Shown in pieces: positions 13,570 through 55,660 of a DNA stretch of 64,000 nucleotides (its first letter is position 1; the number at the start of each line of letters is the position of its first letter). The notes under the pieces are model-generated. The model searched no databases, had not been told where the DNA came from, and saw only the letters and a list, made by a program, of their open reading frames with translations. The position numbers were made by a program, and so were the translations under genes. Where the stretch lies: NCBI GenBank assembly GCA_964035545.1, contig OZ037771.1, forward strand, positions 8,053,408-8,117,407, given 5' to 3'. The stretch is from Bugula neritina (lineage: Eukaryota > Animalia > Bryozoa).

Positions 13570-13790
13570 TCAATATATTACTGTATTACTAACTGTTGAT
13601 TATATTATTATATTACTAAATATTGAATATATTACTATATTACTAACTGTTGAATATATTACTATATTACTAACTCTTGAATATATCACTATATTACTAA
13701 CTGTTGATTATATTATTATATTACTAACTGTTGAATATGTAGTATTAATGTATTACTAGCTGTTGAATATATTTCTATATGATTATGTTC
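13570..13790. repeat. 27-bp minisatellite
   Basis: Unit attactaactgttgaatatattactat, about 8 copies. Confidence 0.9.
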
Positions 13791-14810
13791 TTGAATCTCA
13801 ACTATTGGTATTTGTTAAGAAACTGGTAACTGCATTTCTTCAAACTGAAAATATATTTAGCTGTTTACTGATAATATGTTTACACAATAGCGTCTGACTA
13901 TTTAGGAGGACTGTCACTTATGTGTCCCAAATTTTCATCTACTTGTGCATATGTATGTTTAAAGCATAGATGTGGAATATTGCAGTGTCTAGTAAATATT
14001 TGGCTTTGATATTAAAAAGATATACATATGTGTTTAAATCAATTCAAGTAAACTGTTTATATCATTATAATACTGATGTTGGTAAAATGTAGGAGTGGTT
14101 TATATATTATTTAATGGGATGCATGAATGCAATACTTGACAGGTTCAGCTATTTTAGGCAGGAGGTGAGAGGGTTCATTATTGTTCATACAGATTGACGT
14201 CAGATAGGAGTATCAACTGATAAGCTAGTTAATACTGTTAACAGTCTATCAAACTCATCAGCTTTTTTAAAAGCTATGAAGACCCTCTGTAAGTGAAGGG
14301 TCTCTAGCATATGCACCATATTTACTATACTGAACATATTCACAGCACTGCTTCCTATGTCTTGTTAGTCACAGCTTTCTGTCATGTTGGTTAGTCACAA
14401 CATTACGTCATGATAATGCTATAATTTATAAAAAAAATTGTCAACTGCTTTGTACCAGATATATAAAGTTCTTTAAAAGCAAGCAGTGTTCTGGCACCCT
14501 AGTTCTATCCCACTTTACTATTGGCTAGAGGTGGTACCCAGTGATTATTATCGTGGTATCATAGCAACCATATTAACCAATAGAAACTCTGCTCTTCTAA
14601 GTATACGCCCACATCACAAAGTGAACTATACAAGCCCTGTATCTATTCATTCTCTGAGAGCAGTTTACTCAGTTACTCTAGAGGTCAAAGATTGAAGGTG
14701 AGTGTTATGTATTAATGCAATGTAAGATACATGAAAACATTTGAGTTAGGTATTTATTTATTTAATTTATTTCTAGGTAATAAGAATTCAAGTGTTCTTA
14801 TGTTTTACAG

Positions 14811-37628
<22,818 letters not shown>

Positions 37629-37949
37629 TGTCTATAGATTTTGAACTGTGATTGTACACCTATCATGTGTCTTTTAGAAATGAAGAGATACATGTACCTG
37701 AAAAATCACCTTTTGTATGTGATTCAAGTTTGTATCCATACTTTTAATTTGTATTCGTACTTGTAATCTACATTCATACTTAGAATTTGTATTCATATTT
37801 GTAATCTATATCCTTCACTGTACTGGGTTTGCTAAATTTGCATTATATCATTTTCTATGTGCTTTAAAACCTATAATAAAATTGTATATATCAGGGCATA
37901 GACTTTGAGTAATCTAATAATGCATTTTTAAAATATTTGGTTATATGTC

Positions 37950-38421
37950 TCTCATGACATTATGTGACTGCCATAGTCACACATGACACATGTGTCAAAG
38001 TCAGTGTGTCACATGTCACTGTGTCACATATGTTAGAGTCAGTGTGCCACATGTCACTGTGTCACATATGCCATAGTAAGTGTGTCACATGTCACTGTGT
38101 CACATATGCTATAGTAAGTGTGTCACATGTCACTGTGTCACATATGTCATAGTCGCTGTGTCACATGGCACAGTGACATGTGACACACATGGTACACATG
38201 TCACTGTGTCACATATGCCATAGTCAGTGTGTCACATGTCACTGTGACACATGGCACACATGGTACAAATGTCTCACGTGTCACAAATGTCATAGTCAGT
38301 GTGTCACATGTCACTGTTTCACGTGTCACTGTGTCACATGTCACTGAGTCACATGTCACTGTGACACACGGTACACATGTCTCACGTGTCACATATGTCA
38401 TAGTCAGTGTGTGACTGCCAT
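37950..38421. repeat. TGTCACA/TGTGACA-based satellite with internal palindromes
   Basis: Units such as gtgtcacatgtcactgt in both orientations; bracketed by tgtgactgccat at 37963 and 38410. Confidence 0.85.
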
Positions 38422-39031
38422 CTGAGAGGATAAAATATCAATATGTAGCAGTTTTAGGAAACTTGGCATTCTTTCTCTTTTGAAGTTTAAAGACAAATAA
38501 ATATCTAATAATTTCCCTGATTAAAATAAACCTTAGAATGTTAAATAATAGTGTAGCTCATTCAACTGCTAATGGATGTCTCTGATATAATGTTTGTTAA
38601 AATCATTTGCAATTCAACATATATGATTATTTTCTGGGCAACGCATCATGTTTTCACTGCTACATTATAATATTATGACCACATTCAAAATATTTACTCC
38701 TGGCACAGATGTAGTCTGTATATTTATTTTTCAAATTTTCAGCTCCTACAATATCACTGCAGAACTGAATATCAATGCATAAACTCCCCTACAACACAGC
38801 TGCCAACTGTAACAAGTCATGAATGTCTTGGACTGCACTATTTAATTTCAAGTCATACTTGACAATATCTAGGCAAGTCATAGCCTGTTCTCTCATCTTT
38901 CTAACTCAAGTGTTATATCATAATAGCTTAGATAACTATACAGAGAATTTTTTAAAGCTCATGCTAGTTGCTACATACATTGATGGAATAACATCTGATG
39001 TTAGTCATAACTAACTAAACCACAGGTACTA

Positions 39032-39310
39032 GGCCAGATTCACACTTTGACGTAACGTGATCTCAAATGTCAGCTATTTTTTACATATCTGGGCCAAAGT
39101 CTTCAAAGTCCGCTATTGGGTAAGATATATGACACCCCATTGGATATTTATATCCAATGAGTTGCTGCGAACATCTCCTTGTCCAATAGGAAGCCGACGT
39201 TATTTTGGAATCAAGCAGTGTTTGATCCTCGAAGTACAGTAACGTAGTAAGGTCAGCTTGGACATCTTTAAAAATGGCTGACATTTGACGGAACGTGTGA
39301 ATGAAGGGCA
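39032..39310. mobile_element. MITE, same family as 1075-1374
   Basis: Left end attcacac..tcaaatgtcagctattttt mirrors right end aaaaatggctgacatttga..gtgtgaatgaaggg. Confidence 0.6.
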
Positions 39311-39689
39311 TCACTAATTGTTATTGTACCTCTAAATATAAATGACAATATCACCAGGTCAGGAGTAGTGTAGTATATAGTATCATATAATACTTGGTGC
39401 ATGGTATGTATATAATATCATATATAGTGTATACAAATATATTTCATAGTATACAGTAGGTATATTATATTTTTGTTATGTAATATTTCTTTTCCACATC
39501 ACATAATAATACTGTAGTAATAGATCTGTGCTATAAAGAAAAGGTATTTTGCTTTAAATTAATAAGAAGACAATGAAATAATATTACAGTATATAATATA
39601 ACATCAAATAAAAGACTGAGTAAAGCAATTATTGCCACATGACCAAGCTTATAATAAGTTACATGAGCAACAGCTTTTTCTTCATATAA

Positions 39690-40162
39690 TCAATGCCCAA
39701 TCATACACCCGAACATCATAACACTGCAGAGGACACTTCAACTTTGCTTTCTGCGTAAACACAACACTGAAAGCAGCAAATACCGGTTATAAGCTCAAAT
39801 TGGCGTAGAGCAAAGCGCCAGAGGTTGCTCCTGAGTGTGGGAAAGTCCCCAGATTTCACTGAACAGCTACTCCTTACCATAAGCTGCCAGTTAGGTGCTG
39901 GCCCACCACATTCTGCTTTCTTCATTGGGTGCATGGGAATAGGAGACAACTGAACAGCAGACTACAATCTTTGCACCAGACAACAAAACAGTAGAACTAA
40001 AAGACCAGCTCTTAAAGCGGGATGTTGGAACGTCTGGAACTGTCCACTAACCTTCCAAACATCAGTGAAGCTGAAACACAGCCATCATAAATGATAAACT
40101 CAAGAAATTAAGTGTCGATATTGCTACTTTTTCAAGAAACTCCATTAGCTGACTGTGGCATC
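39690..40162 (+). mobile_element. RTE-like LINE 5' fragment (UTR and start of the APE endonuclease)
   Basis: Translates as ALKAGCWNVW and IINDKLKKLSVDIA..QETPLAD, matching the APE WNVR and LQET motifs. Confidence 0.6.
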
Positions 40163-40477
40163 TGTTGTATACTCTAATTACCTGTTGTACACTCTAACCA
40201 CCTGTTGTACACTCTAATCACCTGTTGTATACTCTAACCACCTGTTGTTTACTCTAATTACCTCTTGTATACTCTAATTACCTCTTGTACACTCTAACCA
40301 CCTGTTGTACACTCTAATCACCTGTTGTATACTCTAACCACCTGTTGTTTACTCTAATTACCTCTTGTATACTCTAGCTACCTGTTGTATACTCTAATCA
40401 CCTGATGTATACTCTAATCACCTGTTGTATACTCTAATCACCTGTTGTATACTCTAATTACTTGTTGCATACTCTCT
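40162..40477. repeat. 20-bp minisatellite
   Basis: Unit cctgttgtatactctaatca, about 15 copies. Confidence 0.95.
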
Positions 40478-41501
40478 CAGGTGGCTAAGGAGCCATATCG
40501 AGGTCAGTTTGAAAGTTCTACACAAAATGCTGTATTTACTTAAAAATTAAACCCAAAGTTGATAGAAATAAAAATATTATAGTCAAAAAATGGCAAATCA
40601 TAAATATTACAAGTTTATATGACCTTTGACTGCAACATTTCGCCATTCTCCCAGAGAGCATTTGGAGTTACTGTCATAGGAAAAGCATGGCATGTTTATA
40701 GCTATTTGCAGCACACTGACAGGTATAGAACAAATATATGCCAATTACATGATAAGTATATCACAAGTTTATGGCATATTATTTGAACAGAGCTGTAACT
40801 TCTACCTTAGTTTATTGATAACAGGCTGCATTGTTGAAGTTTTGCTGATGTTTCTTAAAACCAACGTGAAACTACAATAATACTATTTGATAATAAAGAC
40901 ATTATTGAAAAGAAAAATGAAATATAAAAAAATTACAAAATTGTTACATAACAATGTTCATGATACCTCTATTACCCTTCCTGTGGAGAGTTAAAATTAA
41001 ATATATAAGGTTGTAATAGTGAAAGGTTAAATATTTCCATGTATCATGTACAGAATGCTATTACTCAATAAAAAAAAAATGAGTAGTGAGAACTATAACA
41101 CAGTCAGTGGAGAAAATGCATCAGACTGGAATGAAAGCATAAAACAACTCAGCTGCTATAATTTCTGGCTATAAGCTATAAAAATCTGAACGCTATTGTA
41201 GTCACAAAAATCATTGGTAATTATAATAGTGAATACAAAGCTATCTGTAGTTTAAAAAGCTGTAGCTAAATGAGTAGCTAAGTGAGTAGCTAAGTGAGTA
41301 GCTAAATGAATAGCTAAATGAGTATATGAGTGAATAATGATGAATTGTCCTGTGCCACTGCAGGCGATGATTTGATAGATTGAGCAAAAGTTAAAACACT
41401 GTAGTAGTGTGTAATATGTATGAGTGATCAAAATACTACAAAAGCATTTAAATAACATACGAGTTTCTATTTTATGAACGTTATTGGTTTATTTCAAACT
41501 C

Positions 41502-41673
<172 letters not shown>

Positions 41674-41689
41674 CAGTCAATCATGATTT

Positions 41690-42120
41690 ACATTGATTGC
41701 AACTCTCCACTTAAGTCTGTTGTTATAAGGTCTTTGCCAGAAACTCAACTTGATCCAATTCCATTACATTTTTATTTTAGCAATATGTGTAAACCTGAGT
41801 CTATCTACTTCTTTGTATTCCAACTAGGAGTGAAGAGTTGCTTTTGTAGCGGGTCATTTTTCATTCTATGCATATGACTTGACCATCTCAGGTTCTTTTG
41901 CCTAAGAATGTCAGTCATGTTTGGTAACTTGGCACATCTTAGTATTCTGTCATTCCTGATTTACCGCAATTACGTTTTTCAATTGCTTCATCATGAAAGC
42001 ATTAAGTATCTTCACTTGTGTCCTGTATATTGTCCATGTTTCCTCTTCAATTAGAGGACACTTGATATGACCTTTGCTCTAAATACTTCACATTAAATCT
42101 CTACAGAGATTTATCTGTTG
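41690..42120 (-). mobile_element. RTE-like LINE 3' fragment
   Basis: Minus-strand translation ETWTIYRTQVKILNAFMMKQL and LRWSSHMHRM, the RTE C-terminal signature; ends near (GA)n. Confidence 0.6.
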
Positions 42121-42459
42121 CTTCACAGTCTTCGCTGAAGTCTTCGGTAAGCTGCCTTGAAACAGTTTGCACCAAGACAGCAGCTTACCGAGCTGCTGCC
42201 TTGGTGCAAGCTGCTGCTGCCGCATTGCAGTAAGCTTTGCCTCATCTGTTTGCAAGCTTCTTATCTATATTTGCAGGGCAGGAAACAACATGTTTCCTTG
42301 GTAAGTGAAGTCTGATATAAGCACAAGTTTTTATCATGAAAATTTTAAGCTCAGGTGGAGGGCGAATAAGTTTGATTGGCTGATACATATGTTTTAGCTC
42401 TCAATGTAAACTTTTAAGCTGAAATGAGATGCCGATTTCGCAAATTTGTAAGTATATTG

Positions 42460-44053
42460 TAAGTAAGTAAAGTGTTTGTTAAAAATTTATTTGGCAACAT
42501 AAAACAAAAAAGCTTCAGCAAACTACAACAACAAGTAACTTGTTTCTTCTCAATCTATTAGTGAAAAGAACTAAGATAAGTTTTTATGAAAAAACACATC
42601 AAACCCAGAGAATAAATACCACAATAGATACATATATAATATTGTATAGTTTAGTTACTCATGAGCAGATACTATCTCCATGTACAACCTGCTCTGGCAT
42701 GTCATAACAGAGTTTCTACAGTATCTGTATGATTATTGATCTCTATGATGTCATGCAACACTTCATATTCTCACTCTACTACATGCTATTGTAAGCAGTA
42801 CTTTATATTCAACAAGAGAGGACAACTCTAATTCAACACTTCAGCTCAGTTGTTCAGCTATATTCACTTTATAGATTCACAGTCATTTCATCTTCTCATA
42901 TCTACAGATCTTAGCTGTCACATTTCCTCCAATCAATGAGGGTTTCTAAAACATAATATATACTATTATTAAGTAAATGTATAAACACTGCAGTGAGGTA
43001 TAGAAAGTGGAAAACCCTGTAATACTCAGAGATAGTAATACACCAACTCTTGCTAATGACAAAATAGCATTTTATTTTCTGCTTCTATTTTAATAACATT
43101 AATCAGTTATGTATCTGTAGAACATGTCATCATAAAACTATACAGTATAATTTTATATAAGGATATAGGAATTACCTTGTTGACTGTAGAGGAGCTGGAC
43201 ATTTTAGTTTCAAGTTTTTGAACATTATCTGATATTGTTGATGGAGCTTTTGTGTTGATTTGGGGGCAGTTTTTTACTGTCTGAAATAAAAATTTATTTC
43301 CTCTTTTTAGAAAACTAAACGCAAACTATATAACACAACTAACAATGAAACCTATGAATGCACATTAATGCTTATACGTTGTTCACTGATTTTCACAAAT
43401 TCTTCATCACCTTAGCAATGAATTTTAGTTACCTGAGTTAAAATAACTGTTTGTAGTTTCCTGAGTTGGAGTTTTGTTATTTGTTTCTTACAAAACATTT
43501 TGTAGACAGCTTCCAACTCCTGGAGAATTTCCAGCTGCTCCTTCTGCAAGTCAAATATTACTGATTATTGAATCTATTCTATTTGCACTCAATACACTTC
43601 CTGTATACATAATAGAAATATTCATACATAACATATGTTTTAATTCTTCTACATAAAAGTTCTTTACTAAATTTGAAATCACAAGTCATAGTGCATTGCA
43701 TAACATTTTACTTACTGATGATTTATTACGAATCACTCTCTTTGCCCACATGACATCACCTTTACTAAACATGGAGACATCACAAATACCATACATGACC
43801 AAGTTTTGAAGTAGAAATAGTATCTTGAGTAGCAAAATATCACATCCAACTTGTTCGTCTGTTGTGAAGTTTGTGACCTTATGTCACGAGGTTATGATGT
43901 CCATTGTTGAGTTTACAGTTTAAACCATTGTTATATATATTGCCATATATAGACATTGTTGAGTCATTGATTTTTTATTTCTTATAGGTGTTTGCGTAAA
44001 ATATTTATCAAATATTATTATTGGATTTAGATTTTAGAAAGCAGCATACAATT
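42460..44053 (-). repeat. Inverted copy of 10941-12590
   Basis: Colinear reverse-complement match. Confidence 0.9.
42883..43796 (-). CDS. Putative 4-exon orphan ORF (copy 2)
   Basis: Exons 43796-43716, 43543-43433, 43280-43176 and 42945-42883 have the same lengths as in copy 1 (81/111/105/63); splice sites and frame are retained. Confidence 0.45.
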
Positions 44054-44061
44054 ATATACAG

Positions 44062-46470
<2,409 letters not shown>

Positions 46471-46479
46471 ATATATATA

Positions 46480-47780
46480 GGGGTAACGGGGGGGGCACAA
46501 CGGTCATAGGGGTACAAAAAGCCGGCCAAATTGTGAGAGAACTTATTGACTTAGAGTTGTGATTTTTCTTTCATAAAAGGTATTGACATAAATATTCAGC
46601 CATTGTAGTTTGAAAACTTGCAGAACATACGTGTTGAAAAAGCGAGTAAAAAACTGTTTTTACCTACTTTTTGTAAAATTTTTAAAATGTCGTTAAAGCT
46701 TTATAACTTTTGCACTCAAAGACAACAAGCCTAGATTTTACTGATATTGTTGCCATTGCTTGTCTCTACATTGCTTAATTAGTATAACAGCAAACTCTAA
46801 AATAAATTTTCTTTGAGGCACATTTATGTTCAATTTGGCCATCCGGGGCACAATGGGCTACCTGATTATTGTGCCCTGATCACTGTTATTAGTTTGTTTG
46901 CCCAAAAGGTTGGTTGAAATGTTACTAAAATCTATAGGTATAGCCATTTCTGACATTTTTGTAACATATCAAAGACATCAAGGTAAGACTACAAAACTAC
47001 AAGGTTAAGCTCCCCTAATATTTACATCTGGTGAGGTCAAGGTTATGCTATTTTATACATAATACAAAACACTCTGCTGTTGCTACTAGTAGATAGTCAT
47101 GATATTCATAATACATTATATCATTGAGGGAATATACATGTATTTGACTAAAACAAATTGTGATTTGCTCAGTCGCTCCCCCCCCTCTCCCTTCCGCACT
47201 CCAGCCACAAACCGAAGCCATGCACCTTAGCTACAGTTCATAGAAAAAAGTCTCCTCAAAATTTTGTAGCACATGTTACTAAAGTTTTTTTTGATAAAAG
47301 TTCCACTGAAGTGTAAATAAAAAACGTTTTTAGTTCTAAACAGTAATGATAATGGCACCATAGAACCGAGAGATGTGCGTTTGATTTTGCCTTCCTCTGC
47401 TATCCGTGGTGGCACAAACTTTACAGCTAAAACATGAATTTTGCTTTAGATCTGAAAGAATATTTTTATTTATTTGTAATATTAAATAAATAAAGATCAG
47501 ATGCAACAAAATTTGCAAAGTTTCAATATATTTGTTGTGTCCCACCTAGTGGCCCATTGTACCCCGGTACCGGGGCACAATGGACCAACTTTTTCGTCAT
47601 GAAAATTTCATTATTCTGAAAGTTGTGAGAGACATAGAAACAATAAACTGATACCTGTAATAGACAAAAGATGCAGCATTAAGACTAGAGATTATTGAAC
47701 TAGTAACTTGAAAAACAGACGAATGAGAGTAAAAAATGCAAAATTCGGCCCGTTGTGCCCCCCCCCCCCCCCGTTACCCC
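46480..47780. mobile_element. Non-autonomous TA-target DNA transposon (Tc1/pogo-like)
   Basis: TIRs ggggtaacg(g)n-cacaacgg / ccgttgtg(c)n-gttacccc, flanked by TA repeats; internal ccggggcacaatgg repeats. Confidence 0.8.
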
Positions 47781-49119
47781 TATATATATAACAAATTCTG
47801 TTTAGAAGGTCAAGATTTTTCTAGGAGCTCTTGATAGTAGTGACTAGTGACCTTTTAATAATTGGGCTAAGGACTTGCTTTCTATTGAGGAAAAACAGCA
47901 ATGACTGAATGCCTTTCAGCTTTATAGCCTGCACTGGAGTTGGAACCAATGGCTTTGTGTTTACTATAGGCCATTGTTCCAACCACCATATCATGCCTGC
48001 TCTCTAAGAATGGCAACAAGCTAGTTATTCTCATTAATAAACTCTGATATAGTCAATTGCCAGAGGAAATAAAAATACTGCATTTCCAATAATCTTATAA
48101 ACTAACACATCACAACTTATTATACAATGACACTGGAGTTTTAAAAGCCAGCAAGTCTTGAAAATTTAGCAAATAAAGACTCCTATATATTGATATATTC
48201 ATATAGCATTGTGCTGGAGGAGAAATAAATTTGTGCAGCTTAAGCCTAGTTTACTATTACCTGCTGTACATTTAAAGTTATTCATATGCAGGTGAACACA
48301 CAATGAACCTAAATATATTGCTTAGCTGTAATCAGTGTTTTGTATTATGCTGCAATTCAATACATCAATGTGTTGTTCCTACATTTCATTAACTTTATTC
48401 TAGCTAACAAATCCGGGACTCCCCCTTTTAGCTTAAACACCATACATATAAAGATTTTGTTTTTACTCGTTTCAAGTTTGTGCATAGAGTCAAAAACAAT
48501 TTAAGATAGTGTTTAATGAGACTCAGTCTACAATAATATTCCATATTCTTTGCTTACATAATTGTTGTCAATTATAGGTATAGGCTACATACTAGTGATG
48601 AAACATATTCTTCATTGGACCAGTTGATACCACACAGTGTACCTGCCAGATTATAACCACTGAACAGGTAATTGATATTAAGTAACACTCTACTAATATC
48701 TAGAGTACAAAGCTCTCTGGTATTACTTCCGGTTTTTGTAAACTGCGTAAACGGAAAAGCGGAAAATTCTGCAGAAACGGCGGAAAAGTACTCAACCGAG
48801 CAATCTTTTTGGCATTCGCTGCGTAATACTTTTGTGTATGCACGAGGCATAGGTTTTAGTTGAAAAATGACACAACTCTATTATTAAAATAATCTTGCAG
48901 TAAGAAAACCTTGGCAACGTGTTGAGTACTTAGTCTATTTCACCCCTCTCAACCAACGCGATATCTTTAACTCTACAAGTGCAACCCTTCAACTGTACAG
49001 CTCTAAGACTTACATCTTTTTTGCTTGAACCCAAAATTTTCACTTCGACTTTCCAATATAACAATTTAAGCTAGAGATGGGTAAGCTCAATCTGCTTACA
49101 AATTATTAGTAACACCTGA

Positions 49120-49970
49120 ATTAAATAATTGTCGATTAAAATAATAATCAAATTAATATTATTTAACTGATAATTATTATTAATGAATTTAACAATAATA
49201 ATAATTATTAATATTAATAATACTAATGGTAATACTCATACTGTAATACTTATACTAATACTAATAGTAATACTAAAAGTATTACTTTTACTAATAGTAA
49301 TACTAACAGCGTTTAATTAATAATATTAAATTTAATAATAATTAATATACTTATAGTTATACTTATTAATAGTTATACTTATACATTAACAATAACTTAT
49401 ACTTATGCTTATAGAGTACGATATAATTTTGACTTTAAGTTTAGGTATTGAATTACATTTATTATAATAATTATTTTACTAATAGTGGTAGTAATGGTAA
49501 TACTAATAGTAATACTAATAGTAAATGTAATACTATCAGCATTACTATTAGTATTAGACTTAGTGCTACTAGTACTATTACTATTGTCTATTAGTATTAG
49601 TATTACTATTACTATAAATATTATTATTGGTATTAAGTTAATTAATAATATTTTAGTATTAAATTAATTATTAATAATGATAATAATATAATCATAATGA
49701 TAATTATCATCATTATATAAATTGTAATATTATTATTAATATTTTAATATAATTTAGTATTATAATTATTAATCATAATGATTCATAATAGTATTGGTTT
49801 TCTTATTATGATACTGCAGTAGTAATTCACATCTGCTTATCTTATTTTTATTTTAATTTCGTTTAATTTTAATTGTAATTCATTAATCAGTAATTGTTAA
49901 TTAGTATTGTAATATTAATATAAGTTTATAACTATACTTATAGTATATTGATTAATAATTATTAAGTCTA
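49120..49970. repeat. AT-rich low-complexity (AAT/ACT)n region
   Basis: Visible directly. Confidence 0.8.
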
Positions 49971-50339
49971 AGACAAGATGGATAGTAACACTTATACTAC
50001 TAATGTGTTTTATTCAAATTGCTGGGAAAAAGTGCATCAAACTTTCATATTGATGCAGTTAAACTTAAACATATATGTATTTTATGACTTGGCCGTAACA
50101 TTTATTCAAATGTTATCTTGAAACCAGTTTTTACCCTGTTGAGACTCATTTTGACCTTGGGGTGCAGATATAGTGTATTTTAAATGTTTCTTGTGAGAGT
50201 AGCAGTCTTTCATATAAAATAGGCAAACAGTTTGGTTTTTTTAGCCAAATTATTTTTCTGATTATATGATTTGAATTAAAAAATTATTCATTGTTTAGCA
50301 TTTATTGCAATGGTCATGTTGTTTTGATAATTTTTACAG

Positions 50340-52272
50340 ATTACATATGTATAACTAATTTTGGAAATACATGCTTTTTAAATGCATGTATTCAAACTAT
50401 ACGCTGCACGTCATTGCTCCAAGTAAATTTTGAGTATGTAAATTTTAATTTATATTTTGCTCAGGAAATTATTATGACTTGAAGCTTTGAATGTAATTTC
50501 TTCTATCTATATAAGTAGTAAACAGTCATGTTGTTGTTTCAGACTGTAATCAAATAGTAGATCACTGTTTTGGTCTTTTGGTCTCATTTTAGTTTTTTTT
50601 GTTATATATGCTTCATTTGTTACTGTGCCAGTAGCAATTCCACAGATCAAGGGCTGAATTTCATGGCTAACAATAAATTTCAAATCCCTTATCAAAAACC
50701 AAATGTATAATTGACATTTTAATCAAGAATAGCCACCAATTAAGGCTTTCTTTACATATATATTTTATTTTTAGAGGTTTTACCTGATTTTATGAATAAT
50801 GAGCAGCATGATGTTGCAGAGGTATTAATGGAAGTTTATAACATGCGATGCAATAGGTTGGGTAACATTAACATTGCTTGAACACATTTGTTGCTTATGT
50901 ATAGTTTATAATTCCTAAAGTGACAGTTAGTAGGTACACTAAACACTTATGCTCTTTTCTTCAACAGGACAAAATTGTTCTGGTCAAAAGTTGAATAGTT
51001 GACTAAATGTCATTTCTAAAATGCTGAAACAGCATTTGCTCAGTCAATGAATTTATTACCGGTTCCTCTATTAGAGGTGAGTTGGCAACAAATAGAACAT
51101 TTATTTTATTGGCACTATAGCATCATGTTTTTGTAATAGCTATTTTGTTTTATTTGTTACAGAGTGAGGTCACACTGCAGGGCACCCTGCGGCATCAATT
51201 CAGTTCCAAGAAACTAGATGGATATGTTTTCGAAAGGTACTTTGTGCATTTTATGTTTACATATTTTGGACCATATTCTTGAGAATTTCTGACTACTGAA
51301 TAAATACTCATGTTACTATTTTCCAGCTCTAGTAGTCTAGATATAACTGTACAACTGTCTCAGTTTACAAAGCTTCCAAAAGTTTTAGCTATCACTTTGA
51401 AAAGATTTGATGAATCAGGAGTCAAGTTAACTAAAAACTTGGAAGTACTGGATTTGCTTTATATAACAGATAAAAGTGGGGTGAGAAGTATTTAACAAAT
51501 ACTTGTATACAAAGAGGCACAATAGTGAGATTTAAATAAAAGAGCATTTTATTGCTGTTGCAGGAACAAATATTTAATTAGCTCCAAGAACAAATGCAAT
51601 AGGTATTACTGACATTCTGGTTCTAATAACTGTGATAAAGGTACAGCTGTATAATCAGCTATATTGTTTATCTTTTGCTGTGTGTTTTGTCATTAGCTTT
51701 GCACTTGTGAAGAAAATTGTAATTTGTTGATTGTTTGTTTGGGCAGCTTTGTTTGCGTTCAAGAAGAGAATCCTTGAAATATTTCCCTGGCTACTCACTG
51801 TTACAAATTCATAGGACTTGCTTGCTAGCATGTGCAAGTCCTTTGAAGTTGACTGCTGAGTTGACAGAACAGTAAACCACCAGCTCCGTCGCAAGACTCC
51901 AATGTAATCAAGTTGCTTTTTACAAATTGGTTTGGTTTCAATGTAGCTGTTACACCACTGTGATTGCGATTGTCACTTTCAAAGTAAAGAGTGACAGCTG
52001 ATTGTTCCATTATTATTTACATATTTCCTCTAGAGTCTAGATCGTATTGTAGCATCAAAGAAGACCTACTAAAAATATATTGATTTAGTTAGCCGTATTT
52101 TAACCGTTAGCAAAACTTTGCAAAATGTATACATTCATATTAGGTGTTTAGGGCATTAAAACTTTGATAAGCCTGTGCATATTTGCAATTATATGTAAGG
52201 GGTTATAAGCCATGACGAAGTTTCGGTTGTTCAGCATTTTGGTGACATTTCGTCAGCAGATATGTTTTTGTA
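50340..52272 (+). pseudogene. Intron-containing ubiquitin-specific protease (peptidase C19) pseudogene
   Basis: Exons 50340-50433 (Cys box NFGNTCFLNACIQ), 50775-50856 (EQHDVAEVL), 50968-51076, 51163-51236, 51327-51480 (LPKVLAITLKRF), 51564-51640 (HSGS) and 52152-52272 (GH* in place of GHY); several stops. Confidence 0.85.
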
Positions 52273-53113
52273 ATTTTTATTTGCTGTGCCTTTATACAAA
52301 ACTAAAAAATTGATTTGTTTTTTTTTCCCACTTTTACTCATATCATTGCATCATATTTTATGTTTTATTGTATAAATATCAAATAGTTCTTCAAGTTATT
52401 GTGTTCTTTGATTACATCATGCTGTACAGTAATACATACAAGTTACTAGTCTGTACATTTTCACTCACACCTTTACAATATTATTTTAAAGAACAAAAAT
52501 TTAAAACAACTTTGCTGCCATGACTATTCATTTACTTCTAGTGAGTTATCGATTAAAGTTTTGAGCACAAGGCCTAAGTTTGAGGTAGTGGAAGTATTAT
52601 AACCCATAAGTATTAACTTGGTTTATTTATCAAATTATTTATTTGATGAAATTATACTAATTGAGTCAAACTATTTGAAATAGCATTGTACTATGAATAC
52701 TAACGATAGTTCTACGTTTTATAGTTGAAGTATGAAAATAATGATGAGCATGATAACAATAATAAGCATTTTTTTATTACAACAATTACATGCAACGATA
52801 AATATTAGCTCATTTTCACTGTAGTTTTTAATAATATATTTTTATTTTAGCTAGAATTTCGATAAAAAGGTAATATTATGTTGGCTAGATAACTTAAGTC
52901 GTACGAATGTTAGTTGAATAACTAATATATTTAGTTAATAGTAAAACATCGAAGGTTTTGGTATCTATGCAACTACGAGAATCACAATTATTGGGCTCGG
53001 TTTTGTAGTTTATAAGTTAATTATTAGCAGGTAAAAATGTAATTGTCAACACCATAATAAAAACTAGCTGTGTAACTAAACTCTTTGTGCGCCGACGGCT
53101 TGGATGTTTCCTG

Positions 53114-55460
<2,347 letters not shown>

Positions 55461-55660
55461 GTTTCCTGATTTTAGGCCACGCTCACGCAACTAGATTTTA
55501 TGTTTTAAATTAGTCGTTAGGAGTTTTTCTGAGTTGTTTTCTCCTGTTTACGTTTCCGCCACTTTTTCCGTTTTACGTTTACGCAGTTTACAAAAACCGT
55601 ATTACTTCTGCAATCATTCATAACTACTCTTCATTATAACTACCTCAAAGGTATGCTAAC

